The notes under the pieces are model-generated. The model saw nothing but the letters and a program-made list of their open reading frames with translations. It made no database searches and was not told the origin of the DNA. A stretch of 17,557 bases of DNA from Candidatus Calditenuaceae archaeon HR02 (lineage in GTDB: Archaea > Thermoproteota > Nitrososphaeria_A > Caldarchaeales > Calditenuaceae), in the NCBI GenBank assembly GCA_002898395.1, contig BEHE01000026.1:1-17557 (forward strand), read 5' to 3'. Below are positions 1 to 9,005 of this stretch, one piece after another; position 1 is the stretch's first letter, and the number at the start of each line of letters is the position of its first letter. Both the position numbers and the translations under genes were made by a program.

Positions 1-87
1 AAAAGACTAGTAGGGGTGATCAAGATTGAGTAATACCAACTTAACAGATCCGTTGGGGGGAACCGTTAAGTTTTATTTAGGAGACAG

Positions 88-360
88 TGCTTTGTGGCTT
101 AATTCTGGACCTTTTCCGCATCTGGAAGCCGAGATTCCCTGAAATTTTGACGTGGTTCCCTAAATCTCAGTTGGTTTGATATAAGTTTTGCTGAAAGGTA
201 TAAAAGTTGGAATGACGCCTCTTCTCAGATTACGACCCATTATTTATACCTTATCATAACGTTTATATAAAAGCTACCTTCAATTAGAAAATCGCCTTCG
301 AAAATCGCATCCGCAAGGCTCAGAAACCAGAAATAACCCCATGAATTAAGCCACAAAGCA
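88..360. mobile_element. Putative MITE / internally deleted IS remnant (273 bp) with perfect 18-bp terminal inverted repeats
   Basis: 88-105 TGCTTTGTGGCTTAATTC is the exact reverse complement of 343-360 GAATTAAGCCACAAAGCA. The interior is AT-rich with no long ORF. The ends resemble IS5-family IS903-group or IS6-type ends from memory. No 8-9 bp target duplication; only AGT at 86-88 and 360-362 if the ends are 89/359. Confidence 0.65.
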
Positions 361-390
361 GTAATAGTTATAAGTTAATAAGTTAATAGG
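361..390 (+). promoter_or_regulatory. AT-rich promoter region with short tandem AGTTA(A)TA repeats upstream of the BNR gene
   Basis: GTAATAGTTATAAGTTAATAAGTTAATAGG. TTATAA at 368-373 lies about 25 nt before GTG 399, the archaeal TATA spacing for a leaderless start. Confidence 0.4.
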
Positions 391-398
391 GCTGAGTA

Positions 399-2729
399 GT
401 GCCTGTTAACAGTATGGCCAGATTAGCTGCATTCGCACTAGCAATAGTCTTGGCGGTAGTGTTGATTTTTCCTACCGCCTTTTCTCTCGAGGAGGTTCAC
501 CTAGGTGGCGGTGTAAGGATAGAGTTTCAGTCAACTAGACTCCTTTCAGGTCTTCTGACGGGTAGACTTGGTGTAATCGCCCGTGGAGAGGACCCGTTGA
601 TGAGGCTGGGAGAGGCGGGAAGTGAGCCTGGCGAGAAGCGAGTCGAGAGTGGAGGCGAGGGCGTCAACTTGGGACAGTTTGCCCTCCAGGCACCGGGAGC
701 TGCAGGGATACTTGTTCCCTTCAGAAGCCCAGCACCGGCCTTCAGCAGAAACATCTTGATAACGCGGGACTTCAGCAGGGCGCCTATTCAGACTGAGCCC
801 CACATAGCCGTTAATCCAAAGAACCCAAACCACCTGCTAGTAGGCGTCATAGACTATAATTTTGCGGGTGTGAGCGCCTATGTTAGCCTTGATGGCGGGG
901 AGACGTGGATAGGTCCTCGCCAGCTGAGATACTTGAAAGATGACCAGGGGTCGGGTGGCGATCCTGTGGTTGCTTTTGACAGGGATGGGAACGCCTACTT
1001 CTCCTCGATATCTATTGGCGTGGAGGAGTTCAGGATAGGCGCTGCAGTTTCAGAGGAGCTTGTCTCAAGCATAGTGGTATCCAAGAGCACGGACGGAGGA
1101 TTCACCTGGTCCGAGCCTGTCTCCGTGGCTAGAAGCGGCATTACCTTCAGAGATATTAGATATGATGAGAAGGGTAGGCTGAGGGGTAGTATTGCGTTCT
1201 CCTTCCTTGACAAGCCCTGGATGACGGTGGGCCCCGATAAGGCAGACCCAAAAAGAGACGCGATATACGTCACGTATACGGAGTTCTCGGTTGTGTGGGA
1301 CATATTCTACGTCGAGGAGCTAGTATTCCTCGGGAACCCTAGAATCGAGTCGGTCATCAAGCTCGTCAAGTCCTCGACGGACTTTACAGTCATGACACCA
1401 CCCATACAGGTTAGCCCAGTTGTAGTCCGTGGATACGGAGCCGAGACAACTCAGAGGAGGGTTGTCCAGGGGTCTCAGCCCGCCGTGGCTCCTGACGGCA
1501 CAATATATGTAGCATGGCTCGACACGCTAGATGATGACAGCGCTAGGGGTTTAGGGGAGATACACGTGGCGGTCAGCGAAGACGGTGGAAGGAGCTGGAG
1601 TAGACCGGTGAGGGCAGCCATATTTAACGAGGTCAGCTTCCTGCCTCGAAACGCGGCCTTCAGAAACTGGGGCTCCTCTTTCCCACAGATAGCAGTGGGC
1701 CCTGGAGGCGAGGTCTACATAGTTTTCGCGGGCCGCCCAGCTGATAAGCCACTTGATGACGGCGACATCTTTTTTGTTCGAAGCCTCGATGGCGGAGCTA
1801 CATGGTCACAGCCTAAAAGACTTAACGATGACGAGACCGACAGGCTTCAGTTCTTCCCCTCCATAGCGGTAGACCCGAACGGCGTGATTCATGCGATATG
1901 GGGTGATATGAGGGATGACCCCGTTGAGACGAAATACCACATCTACTATACAAGGTCAAGCGACAAGGGCGAGACATGGGGGTTTGAGATACCTGAGCTC
2001 GGACAGAGGGTTGGAAGCACAAGGGTTACGGACTCGTATAGTAACCCCAACTTCGGATTCCCAGGTGGCCGTTTTATCGGCGACTATTTCTCAATAAAGG
2101 CGACAGCCGATGACGTATACATGGTCTGGGCGGACTGCAGGCTGGGAGAGTTCACTGGTGTGAACCAGAAGATAGCGTTCGCGAGGCGGCGGGCGATAAC
2201 CGCCCCCTCGATCTTCGTCTCACCACCCAGCGGCGTCGCAGGCCGCGACGTAACGATAGTTGGCTCAAACTTCCAACCGGACTCCAACATATACATAGAG
2301 CTCTCGGGGAGCGTAGTGGCATACACTAAGACGAGTGAAGAAGGGTCCTTCATGGCGCGGATCTTCACACCACTGACATCGGAGGGGCCGCAGACAATAG
2401 TGGCGTATGACCAGACGGGAAATTTCGCTATTGCAAGCTTCTACATCGAGTTCGGGTTCAGCAATCTAGCGGAAAAGATAGGTGCCCTCGAGACGGATAG
2501 GCAGCTTCTGCAGAGCTTATTGACAGAGATCCGCGGACTGAGTGAGTCGTTGAAATCTAGTAGTGATAGTAGAGCAGCAGAAGTAGGTCATTCAGCCACC
2601 GCGCCAGACATTGCATGGGTGATAATAGTCGGTCTTGCAGGTGTTGCGATAGGGTTGGGGGTGGGGATGATTGTGGCTAGAAGGCTCCAACGGAGTCCGC
2701 GGAGTGGTCAGGCGACGAGCCAGATGTGA
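399..2729 (+). CDS. Secreted, membrane-anchored BNR/Asp-box beta-propeller protein (sialidase-like fold) with Ig/IPT-like domain
   Basis: Hydrophobic N-terminal signal. Five Asp-boxes (SLDGGETW, STDGGFTW, SEDGGRSW, SLDGGATW, SSDKGETW). Ig-like segment (PSIFVSPPSGVAGRDVTIVGSNF), helical linker, C-terminal TM helix followed by RRLQR. The start may be GTG 399 or ATG 414. Confidence 0.8.
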   Translation: MPVNSMARLAAFALAIVLAVVLIFPTAFSLEEVHLGGGVRIEFQSTRLLSGLLTGRLGVIARGEDPLMRLGEAGSEPGEKRVESGGEGVNLGQFALQAPGAAGILVPFRSPAPAFSRNILITRDFSRAPIQTEPHIAVNPKNPNHLLVGVIDYNFAGVSAYVSLDGGETWIGPRQLRYLKDDQGSGGDPVVAFDRDGNAYFSSISIGVEEFRIGAAVSEELVSSIVVSKSTDGGFTWSEPVSVARSGITFRDIRYDEKGRLRGSIAFSFLDKPWMTVGPDKADPKRDAIYVTYTEFSVVWDIFYVEELVFLGNPRIESVIKLVKSSTDFTVMTPPIQVSPVVVRGYGAETTQRRVVQGSQPAVAPDGTIYVAWLDTLDDDSARGLGEIHVAVSEDGGRSWSRPVRAAIFNEVSFLPRNAAFRNWGSSFPQIAVGPGGEVYIVFAGRPADKPLDDGDIFFVRSLDGGATWSQPKRLNDDETDRLQFFPSIAVDPNGVIHAIWGDMRDDPVETKYHIYYTRSSDKGETWGFEIPELGQRVGSTRVTDSYSNPNFGFPGGRFIGDYFSIKATADDVYMVWADCRLGEFTGVNQKIAFARRRAITAPSIFVSPPSGVAGRDVTIVGSNFQPDSNIYIELSGSVVAYTKTSEEGSFMARIFTPLTSEGPQTIVAYDQTGNFAIASFYIEFGFSNLAEKIGALETDRQLLQSLLTEIRGLSESLKSSSDSRAAEVGHSATAPDIAWVIIVGLAGVAIGLGVGMIVARRLQRSPRSGQATSQM

Positions 2730-2823
2730 GAGCATTTTACGAGAGCACGGTCATCAAGTTAGCCAAGGCACCACTTTACTCTATGTGCGGAGCGTCTCCA
2801 ACCTTTTCTGATGGTAGATGCCC

Positions 2824-2836
2824 AAAGCTTATCTAT
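2824..2836 (+). promoter_or_regulatory. BRE/TATA-like promoter for the ABC solute-binding protein gene
   Basis: AAAGCTTATCTAT lies about 30 nt upstream of ATG 2866, which opens a clean signal peptide. Confidence 0.45.
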
Positions 2837-2865
2837 TCGACTGCCTTTATTCCTCCAGACCTAGG

Positions 2866-5442
2866 ATGCGGAGCCTGACTGCATTCCTTTTCGTTCTACT
2901 GCTAGCTGTCACACAGCTGTCTATATTGGAATTGTCTCATGGCCAGTCTCAGCTTCGCGGACCCGCAGCTGAGAGAATAATATTCCGGGGGATAGGCTCA
3001 CAGGACATCGCCGACAGGGAGATCAAGGCGGAAAGAATCGACATATTCCTCTTCAACCTTAAGACAGAGGCCGCACGCCGCCTGAGGGGCGACCCATCAA
3101 TCAAACTCATTGAAGCCCCAGCTACGATGTATTCAATACTACTCAACCCCGCACCAGCTCCCAGCGGCCAGCTTAACCCCTTCTCAATCAGAGAGGTTCG
3201 ACAGGCCATACAATACCTCGTGAACAGGGATGAGGTTGTCTCGGTCATCTTCAAGGGTTTGGCCCAGCCCATGTACTCCTTCGTTAGCCCCTTCGACCTA
3301 GACTACGTAACCGTCTTCGAGGATGTTAAGTCTCTAGGGATACGCTATGATCCTGACTATGCAGGATCCCTGATAACAGAGGCGATGAAGAAGGCTGGAG
3401 CCGAGCTAGTGGACGGCGTCTGGAGGTTTGGCGGGAAGGAAATCTCACTGAAGCTGATCTACAGGTCCGAGGATGAGAGAAGAGAGATTGGCGAGATGCT
3501 TAGGAATGAGTTGGAGAGACTAGGGTTTAGGGTTGAGCCTATTTTGCTGGAGTTCGGTCCAGCTGTCGAGAGGGTGTACTCAAGGGACCCGGCTGCCTTC
3601 GACTGGCACATATACACTGAGGGCTGGGGGAGGGGTGGCGCCGCGAGATACGAGGCAGGAAGCGTAAACCAGTTCTGCGCCCCTTGGCTCGGCAATATGC
3701 CTGGCTGGAGGGAGGTCGGGTTCTGGCAGTACGAGAACTCAACTCTCGACGAGCTTGGTCAGAGACTCTTTAAGGGCGACTATAGGAGCAAGGAGGAGCG
3801 TGACGAGCTGTTCAAGAGCATGACTCGACTCTGCGTCCAAGAATCGATCAGAGTTTGGGTTGCGACAGCCATTAGCGTCTTCCCAGCAAGCCCATCCGTC
3901 ACCCCACTAATCCTCGATATAGTGGGAGGACCACGCTCAGTCTATACCCTCAGGGAGGTGGTGAACAAGGAGCGTAGCGATAAGAGTCTGCTAGTAGGCC
4001 ATTTGTGGGTAGAACCGCCTGGTGGAAGGAGCGCATGGAACCCAATCGGCGGCTTCGGCGACGTCTACAGCGTAGACATTTACCGCAACATTGTTGACCC
4101 TCCACTTGCACGCCACCCATTCTCAGGCAGACCAATACCCTTCAGGGCCGACTTTAGGGTCGAGGTCTCCTCTCCGCAGCCCACAGTACAGGTTCCGGCC
4201 GATGCCTTCATATGGGATGCCCAGTCGGGTGGGTGGCGTAGGGTTGGCGCCGGCGTCGTAGCTAAGAGCAAGGTCGTCTACGACTTCTCAAAATACATAG
4301 GGGCGAAGTGGCATCATGGCCAGCCTATAACATGGGCAGACATCCTATACCCCATCTATCAGGCCTTCGACATAGCCTACAACGAACGGAAGAGCAGGAT
4401 AGAGACGGCAGTAGCCGTGACATCCCGGCCCTACCTCGAAACCTTCAAGGGCTTCAGGATAGTGGAGGGGTCTAAGCTCGAGGTTTACGTCGACTACTGG
4501 CACTTCGAGCCTGAGATTGTTGCGGAGTACGCCCTCCCAACATCTATCTCTATGCCTTGGGAGGTCCTCCTAGCCATGGATGTCCTAGTCTTCGATAAGA
4601 GACAGGCCGCCTACACAGACACGGCTGCGGCCCGGTTCAACCCAGAGCTCGGATGGATTAACCTCGTCAAGGAGCGGGTCTCAAGACACCTGGCTGAAGT
4701 GGTTTTGAGCGATTTTCTATCCTCCAAGTTTTTGCCTGAAAAGGTGTTGAGCATTGACGGCGTTTACCAAATGGGCTGGAGCGAGGCTGAGGCCAGGTAT
4801 CGAGCATCTATAGAGTGGTTCAGAAAGTATAGGCACCTAGTCATTGGGCAAGGGCCGTTCATGCTTACAAGGTTTGATGGACCTAGCCAGACAGCTGAGC
4901 TGGTCGCCTTCAGAGACCCAACATACCCGTTTAGCCCTGGCAGATGGTCAGAATTCACTCAACCGCCACAACTCTCCCTTGCATCGCCCATATTGGGAGA
5001 GATAAACACCATGACGGGCGGAGCAATAACCCTCAGGCTCAAAGCTCCCCAAGGAACCAAGGTGAGGTACCTCATACAAGACGCGTCACGAACAACTACA
5101 TTCGCCGTCGGCGATGCCACACCCGTTAACGGAGGATCCTACGAGATCAAAGTCACAGCAGAGGCCTCATCTAAGCTGAGACCCGGGCTCTACAAACTCT
5201 CAATAATCGCCTACAACCCCGACGAGATTGGTACCGTGCTGGAGGTTGAGGGCAACATCCTAGTGACAATGGGGGAGACCACGCCTACGAGGGAAATTAC
5301 GACCCAGACCCAGCCTACGATGACCACCACGAGGGAAAACGTTGAGGCGCAGCTGCCAACACTCCTATACGCCGGTGTCGCCGTGGTCGTGGCCGTGGCT
5401 TTGTTTCTCGTAGTTGTGTTGTTGAGGCGTAGGGGGAGGTAG
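2866..5442 (+). CDS. ABC transporter substrate-binding protein, family 5 (Opp/Dpp-like; archaeal large, permuted COG3889-like type), C-terminally anchored
   Basis: SBP5 motifs LNP..PF..REVRQAI..LVNR, YDPDYA, KWHHGQPITWADI and GQGPFML. Signal peptide from M2866 (MRSLTAFLFVLLLAV); the ORF track starts at 2818. Thr-rich linker, TM helix and RRRGR tail. Confidence 0.88.
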   Translation: MRSLTAFLFVLLLAVTQLSILELSHGQSQLRGPAAERIIFRGIGSQDIADREIKAERIDIFLFNLKTEAARRLRGDPSIKLIEAPATMYSILLNPAPAPSGQLNPFSIREVRQAIQYLVNRDEVVSVIFKGLAQPMYSFVSPFDLDYVTVFEDVKSLGIRYDPDYAGSLITEAMKKAGAELVDGVWRFGGKEISLKLIYRSEDERREIGEMLRNELERLGFRVEPILLEFGPAVERVYSRDPAAFDWHIYTEGWGRGGAARYEAGSVNQFCAPWLGNMPGWREVGFWQYENSTLDELGQRLFKGDYRSKEERDELFKSMTRLCVQESIRVWVATAISVFPASPSVTPLILDIVGGPRSVYTLREVVNKERSDKSLLVGHLWVEPPGGRSAWNPIGGFGDVYSVDIYRNIVDPPLARHPFSGRPIPFRADFRVEVSSPQPTVQVPADAFIWDAQSGGWRRVGAGVVAKSKVVYDFSKYIGAKWHHGQPITWADILYPIYQAFDIAYNERKSRIETAVAVTSRPYLETFKGFRIVEGSKLEVYVDYWHFEPEIVAEYALPTSISMPWEVLLAMDVLVFDKRQAAYTDTAAARFNPELGWINLVKERVSRHLAEVVLSDFLSSKFLPEKVLSIDGVYQMGWSEAEARYRASIEWFRKYRHLVIGQGPFMLTRFDGPSQTAELVAFRDPTYPFSPGRWSEFTQPPQLSLASPILGEINTMTGGAITLRLKAPQGTKVRYLIQDASRTTTFAVGDATPVNGGSYEIKVTAEASSKLRPGLYKLSIIAYNPDEIGTVLEVEGNILVTMGETTPTREITTQTQPTMTTTRENVEAQLPTLLYAGVAVVVAVALFLVVVLLRRRGR

Positions 5443-6488
5443 TGGGCGTAATACGTGCGCTTGTTACGAGGGCAGCATCACTAGGTCTCGTCCTATTAGT
5501 GGTAATTGCCATACTTGTAGCGATACTGGGGGCGAGCGGGTTCTCCGAGCGCGTCATAACAGCAACGATAAACGAGGAGTTGAGAAATCTAAGACAGACA
5601 CTGGCACAACGCATAACAGATCCTACAGAGCTCGAGAACGTCTTAGCGGCGCGCAGGCAGGAGTTGATAGAGTCTTACGGCCTGGACAAGCCGTGGTACT
5701 ATAGACTTCCTGATCTGATTCGCCGAGTCGTCCTCCTCGACCTAGGTGAGTCGAGGGTGATCGAGGGGTTTAGTGGGAGCAGAAAAGTCAGCGACATAGT
5801 GATGGAGCGGATTCCCTTCACAGTAATGCTGGTCACATCTGCCATTATGGTCTCGACGCTAGCCGGCATCTATATCGGTCTCAAACTTGCCCTAAACCCG
5901 GGAAGCTGGTTGGATAGGGTTACAATCTATCTTGCCGCGGTATCGAACGGGCTCCCCAGCTGGTGGACAGGAATAATACTATTGCTCGTCTTCGTATACT
6001 ATGTGAGGCTGCTTCCGCCCGGCGGGGTGATGAGCTCACCACCACCCACCGAACCACACCTCATAGTTCTTGATATCCTGTGGCACTCAATACTACCACT
6101 CACAACTCTCGTGGCAGTTAGCATAGGACCATCAATCTATGCTGCGAGGACTGTAGTCTTGAATGTAGCGCAGGAGGACTTTGTAACTGCCGCAAAGGCG
6201 AGAGGGCTACCCGAGGGCATAGTCATACGGAGACACATCATGAGACCTGCCGCACCTCCAATCATAACGATAGTCGTCTTCAGCCTGGCAGGCTCTCTCG
6301 GAGGTGCAATACTCACCGAGACAATATTCAACTGGCCAGGTATGGGTAGACTCTACTACGACGCTGTCGTGAGGGGGGACGAGGCGATAATAATAGCCCT
6401 GACCTACATGTATGGCATGATCTACGTCGCCGCAAGACTTCTCCTCGAGTCACTCTACCTCATACTCGACCCCCGGGTCCGGTACTAA
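5442..6488 (+). CDS. dppB: ABC transporter permease, DppB/OppB type
   Basis: YGLDKP, DLGES, LPSWWTG, EAA loop (QEDFVTAAKARGLPE), ETIFNWPGMG and terminal ILDPRVRY. The start overlaps the stop of the SBP gene by 1 nt. Confidence 0.92.
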   Translation: MGVIRALVTRAASLGLVLLVVIAILVAILGASGFSERVITATINEELRNLRQTLAQRITDPTELENVLAARRQELIESYGLDKPWYYRLPDLIRRVVLLDLGESRVIEGFSGSRKVSDIVMERIPFTVMLVTSAIMVSTLAGIYIGLKLALNPGSWLDRVTIYLAAVSNGLPSWWTGIILLLVFVYYVRLLPPGGVMSSPPPTEPHLIVLDILWHSILPLTTLVAVSIGPSIYAARTVVLNVAQEDFVTAAKARGLPEGIVIRRHIMRPAAPPIITIVVFSLAGSLGGAILTETIFNWPGMGRLYYDAVVRGDEAIIIALTYMYGMIYVAARLLLESLYLILDPRVRY

Positions 6489-6532
6489 TCATATCGCAAG
6501 GAATATTAACAAGTAAAAAAATCGAAATAGGC

Positions 6533-7135
6533 ATGGACAGTCTAAGGGATGCGAAATACCTAGGAGGCATCGGCTCAATACTCATACTATTATTACCGGC
6601 CCCTAATGTGGGCTTCATACTCTATATCATCGGTATCGTGCTTGTCGCAATAGCTGTGAAAAAAATCGCTGACGCGGTGGGGGACTCATCAATATTCAAC
6701 GACATGCTGATCTCAATCATATTGTTGATAGTGGGTGGGGCGGTGGGTGTGGTTGTCGGCTTAGCCCTCGGCCTAGCAAGCTTCGCTCAAATATTCTCAA
6801 GGGTCTTCACCGGCGACGGACTGCCGACAGATTTTACAGAACCTGAAGCATTTCAACTATTTTGGGGAATATTTATTGCAATTTTCGCCGCACTAGCAGT
6901 TGTATGGGCCTTCTCTATAGCCTCCAGCATTTTCCTCAGGAGGAGTTATGGCTTAATATCTAAGAGGCTTGGCGCCGGCCTCTTCGCCACAGCAGGGCTC
7001 CTCTATCTTATAGGGGCTGCATTGGCGATAATTCTGATAGGATTTGTGATTTTATTCGTAGCAGTTGTCGTTCAGATAGTTGCCTTCTTCACTCTACCCG
7101 AATATCCACCCGCACCCCAAAGCCAAACAATTTAA
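6533..7135 (+). CDS. DUF996-like integral membrane protein
   Basis: N-terminal AKYLGGIGSIL, F.TAGLLYLIGA and C-terminal IVAFFTLPE match my recollection of DUF996. About six hydrophobic helices. Confidence 0.8.
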   Translation: MDSLRDAKYLGGIGSILILLLPAPNVGFILYIIGIVLVAIAVKKIADAVGDSSIFNDMLISIILLIVGGAVGVVVGLALGLASFAQIFSRVFTGDGLPTDFTEPEAFQLFWGIFIAIFAALAVVWAFSIASSIFLRRSYGLISKRLGAGLFATAGLLYLIGAALAIILIGFVILFVAVVVQIVAFFTLPEYPPAPQSQTI

Positions 7136-7187
7136 GCATACTTAACGCGAAAAGCCAATATGGGGCGGGCAGTCTATCTACATACCG

Positions 7188-8219
7188 ATGGCTAAGGAGC
7201 TTCCACACCCCCCACACTTCGACCCATACCAGGCGGACAAGATCTGGCACGTCCCCTACCAGCAGAGGGCTGCTGAGGCGGTGGAGTGGCGAAGGAGGTA
7301 TTCCATCAAGCCAGCTTCAGCCGATGAGTTCAGAACCTGCCTGATACTCATAGATGTTCAGAACACATTCTGTATTCCTGGGTTCGAGCTCTTTGTGGCC
7401 GGAACTTCTGGTAGGGGTGCCGTGGAAGACTGCCAGAGAGTGGCGTCATTCATCTATCGGAACCTGTCATCAATAACTGGAATAGTAGCCACGATGGATA
7501 CCCATCAAGCCTATCAGATCTTCCACTCAGTCTTCTTTGAAGATGAGAATGGCAGGCATCCCCAGCCCTACACCAGAATAACTGTTGACGACATTAGAGA
7601 GGGTAGGTGGAGGGTCTCCGCAGAGGCTGCAAGAACAATTGGAATAAACCTAGAGTACCTGCAATCGTACGTCAGACACTATGTTGAGTCGCTGGAGCGG
7701 AGCGGAAAGTATGAGCTCACCATCTGGCCCTTCCATGCAATGCTTGGTGGGATCGGCCATTCGCTCGTTCCGCTCGTAGAGGAGGCCGTGTTCTTCCACG
7801 CAATAGCGCGGGCATCCCAGCCAGTAATAAGGACAAAGGGTTTCTCCCCACTGACAGAGCACTATTCTGCTTTAGGGCCAGAGGTGAAGAGGGGGCCTGG
7901 TGGAGAGCTGATAGGAGAGAGGGATGAGCAGCTCATAAACCGGCTTCTCTCCTACGACGCACTAATAATAGCGGGTGAGGCCAAGAGCCACTGTGTCGCC
8001 TGGACCGTCTCAGACCTGATAGATGTTGTGAAGGAGAGAAGACCTGAGCTCGTCTCCCGAATATATCTGCTCGAGGACTGTACATCGCCTGTGGTGGTCC
8101 CAGGGGTTGTAGACTATTCGGCTGAGGCAGACCTCGCTTTCAAAAGGTTTGCAGGGATGGGGGCCCGTATTGTGAGATCTACTGAGCCCCTAGAGAGCTG
8201 GCCAGATATGCAGGTGTAG
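7188..8219 (+). CDS. Isochorismatase/nicotinamidase-family cysteine hydrolase (long form)
   Basis: LILIDVQNTF (catalytic Asp), TMDTH and WPFH (metal-site residues as in nicotinamidases), KG (Lys) and AGEAKSHCV (catalytic Cys). Confidence 0.85.
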   Translation: MAKELPHPPHFDPYQADKIWHVPYQQRAAEAVEWRRRYSIKPASADEFRTCLILIDVQNTFCIPGFELFVAGTSGRGAVEDCQRVASFIYRNLSSITGIVATMDTHQAYQIFHSVFFEDENGRHPQPYTRITVDDIREGRWRVSAEAARTIGINLEYLQSYVRHYVESLERSGKYELTIWPFHAMLGGIGHSLVPLVEEAVFFHAIARASQPVIRTKGFSPLTEHYSALGPEVKRGPGGELIGERDEQLINRLLSYDALIIAGEAKSHCVAWTVSDLIDVVKERRPELVSRIYLLEDCTSPVVVPGVVDYSAEADLAFKRFAGMGARIVRSTEPLESWPDMQV

Positions 8220-8270
8220 AGGCTGGAAGATTGTGTATTTATGGTGGCTTTTAGGTGTATTGGTGGATAC

Positions 8271-9005
8271 ATGGAGCTGTGGGTCTCAATTGACATCCTC
8301 GAGGGCCGCGTAGTAAGGCTGATAAAAGGAGACTTAGGAAACATGTTAGTCTACTCTAACAACCCCGCGTACGTAGCGAGTCAGCTGGCCTCCACAGAGA
8401 TAGACGGGATCCACGTAGTTGATATCGACGCGGCCCTGAATAGGGGAGACAATATGGAGGTTTTAAAAGAGATAGTGAAGAGCGCCAAGGGTAAAGCGGT
8501 ACAGGTTGGTGGAGGTCTCCGGACTAGGGAGCGGGTTGAAAAAGTCTTTAGGATTGGGGTAGACAGAATAGTTATTGGGACCATACTATTCAAGAATAGG
8601 GAGCTGGTAAAGGAGCTTATTAGGGATTACGGCCCAGAGCGGCTAGTTGCCGCACTAGACTTTAACAGTGAGGGGATCGTGTATGAAGGATGGAGTATGG
8701 CGAGTCTCATGCGTGTTGAGGAGGGGTTCAGACTCGTTGATGATCTCTCACTAAAATACATTTTGATGACGTCCGTAGAGAGGGATGGTACTCTGGAAGG
8801 GCCGGACCTGAGATTTTTCGAGAAGATCCCCGTCGAGAGGAGGGGGTCAATCTTCGCTAGCGGGGGGATCACGACGCCGCGCGAGGTTAAGATGTTGTCG
8901 AGCATCGGTTATAGGGGAGTAGTTTTGGGCAGAGCATATTATGAGAAGCTGGCACCGATTAAAGACTACATCAAGGCCGCTAAAGGTGTAGCGGGTGCCA
9001 GCTAA
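8271..9005 (+). CDS. hisA: ProFAR isomerase HisA
   Basis: SIDILEGRVVRL, HVVDIDAA, QVGGGLR, RDGTLEGPD, ASGGI. Start moved from 8241 to ATG 8271 because GGTGGA (SD-like) sits at 8262-8267 and the family begins there. Confidence 0.93.
   Translation: MELWVSIDILEGRVVRLIKGDLGNMLVYSNNPAYVASQLASTEIDGIHVVDIDAALNRGDNMEVLKEIVKSAKGKAVQVGGGLRTRERVEKVFRIGVDRIVIGTILFKNRELVKELIRDYGPERLVAALDFNSEGIVYEGWSMASLMRVEEGFRLVDDLSLKYILMTSVERDGTLEGPDLRFFEKIPVERRGSIFASGGITTPREVKMLSSIGYRGVVLGRAYYEKLAPIKDYIKAAKGVAGAS

Noticed and set aside
38-72. Imperfect hairpin AACTTAAC...GTTAAGTT
   Set aside because: Only 8 perfect base pairs in AT-rich DNA, with no context to assign a function.
1-398. CRISPR leader or array in the AT-rich left end
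   Set aside because: No regularly spaced 24-40 bp repeats and no cas genes. The 18-bp inverted ends explain the region better, although an array left of the window cannot be excluded.
399-2729. Calling the BNR protein a true sialidase
   Set aside because: Asp-boxes are structural only, and no FRIP motif or Arg triad could be identified by eye.
2730-2817. C/D-box sRNA in the BNR-SBP intergenic gap
   Set aside because: A TTGATGA on the minus strand has no properly placed CTGA D box.
2818-2865. Track start of the SBP at ATG 2818
   Set aside because: It places a non-signal segment before the signal peptide and overlaps the TATA-like box, so ATG 2866 fits better.
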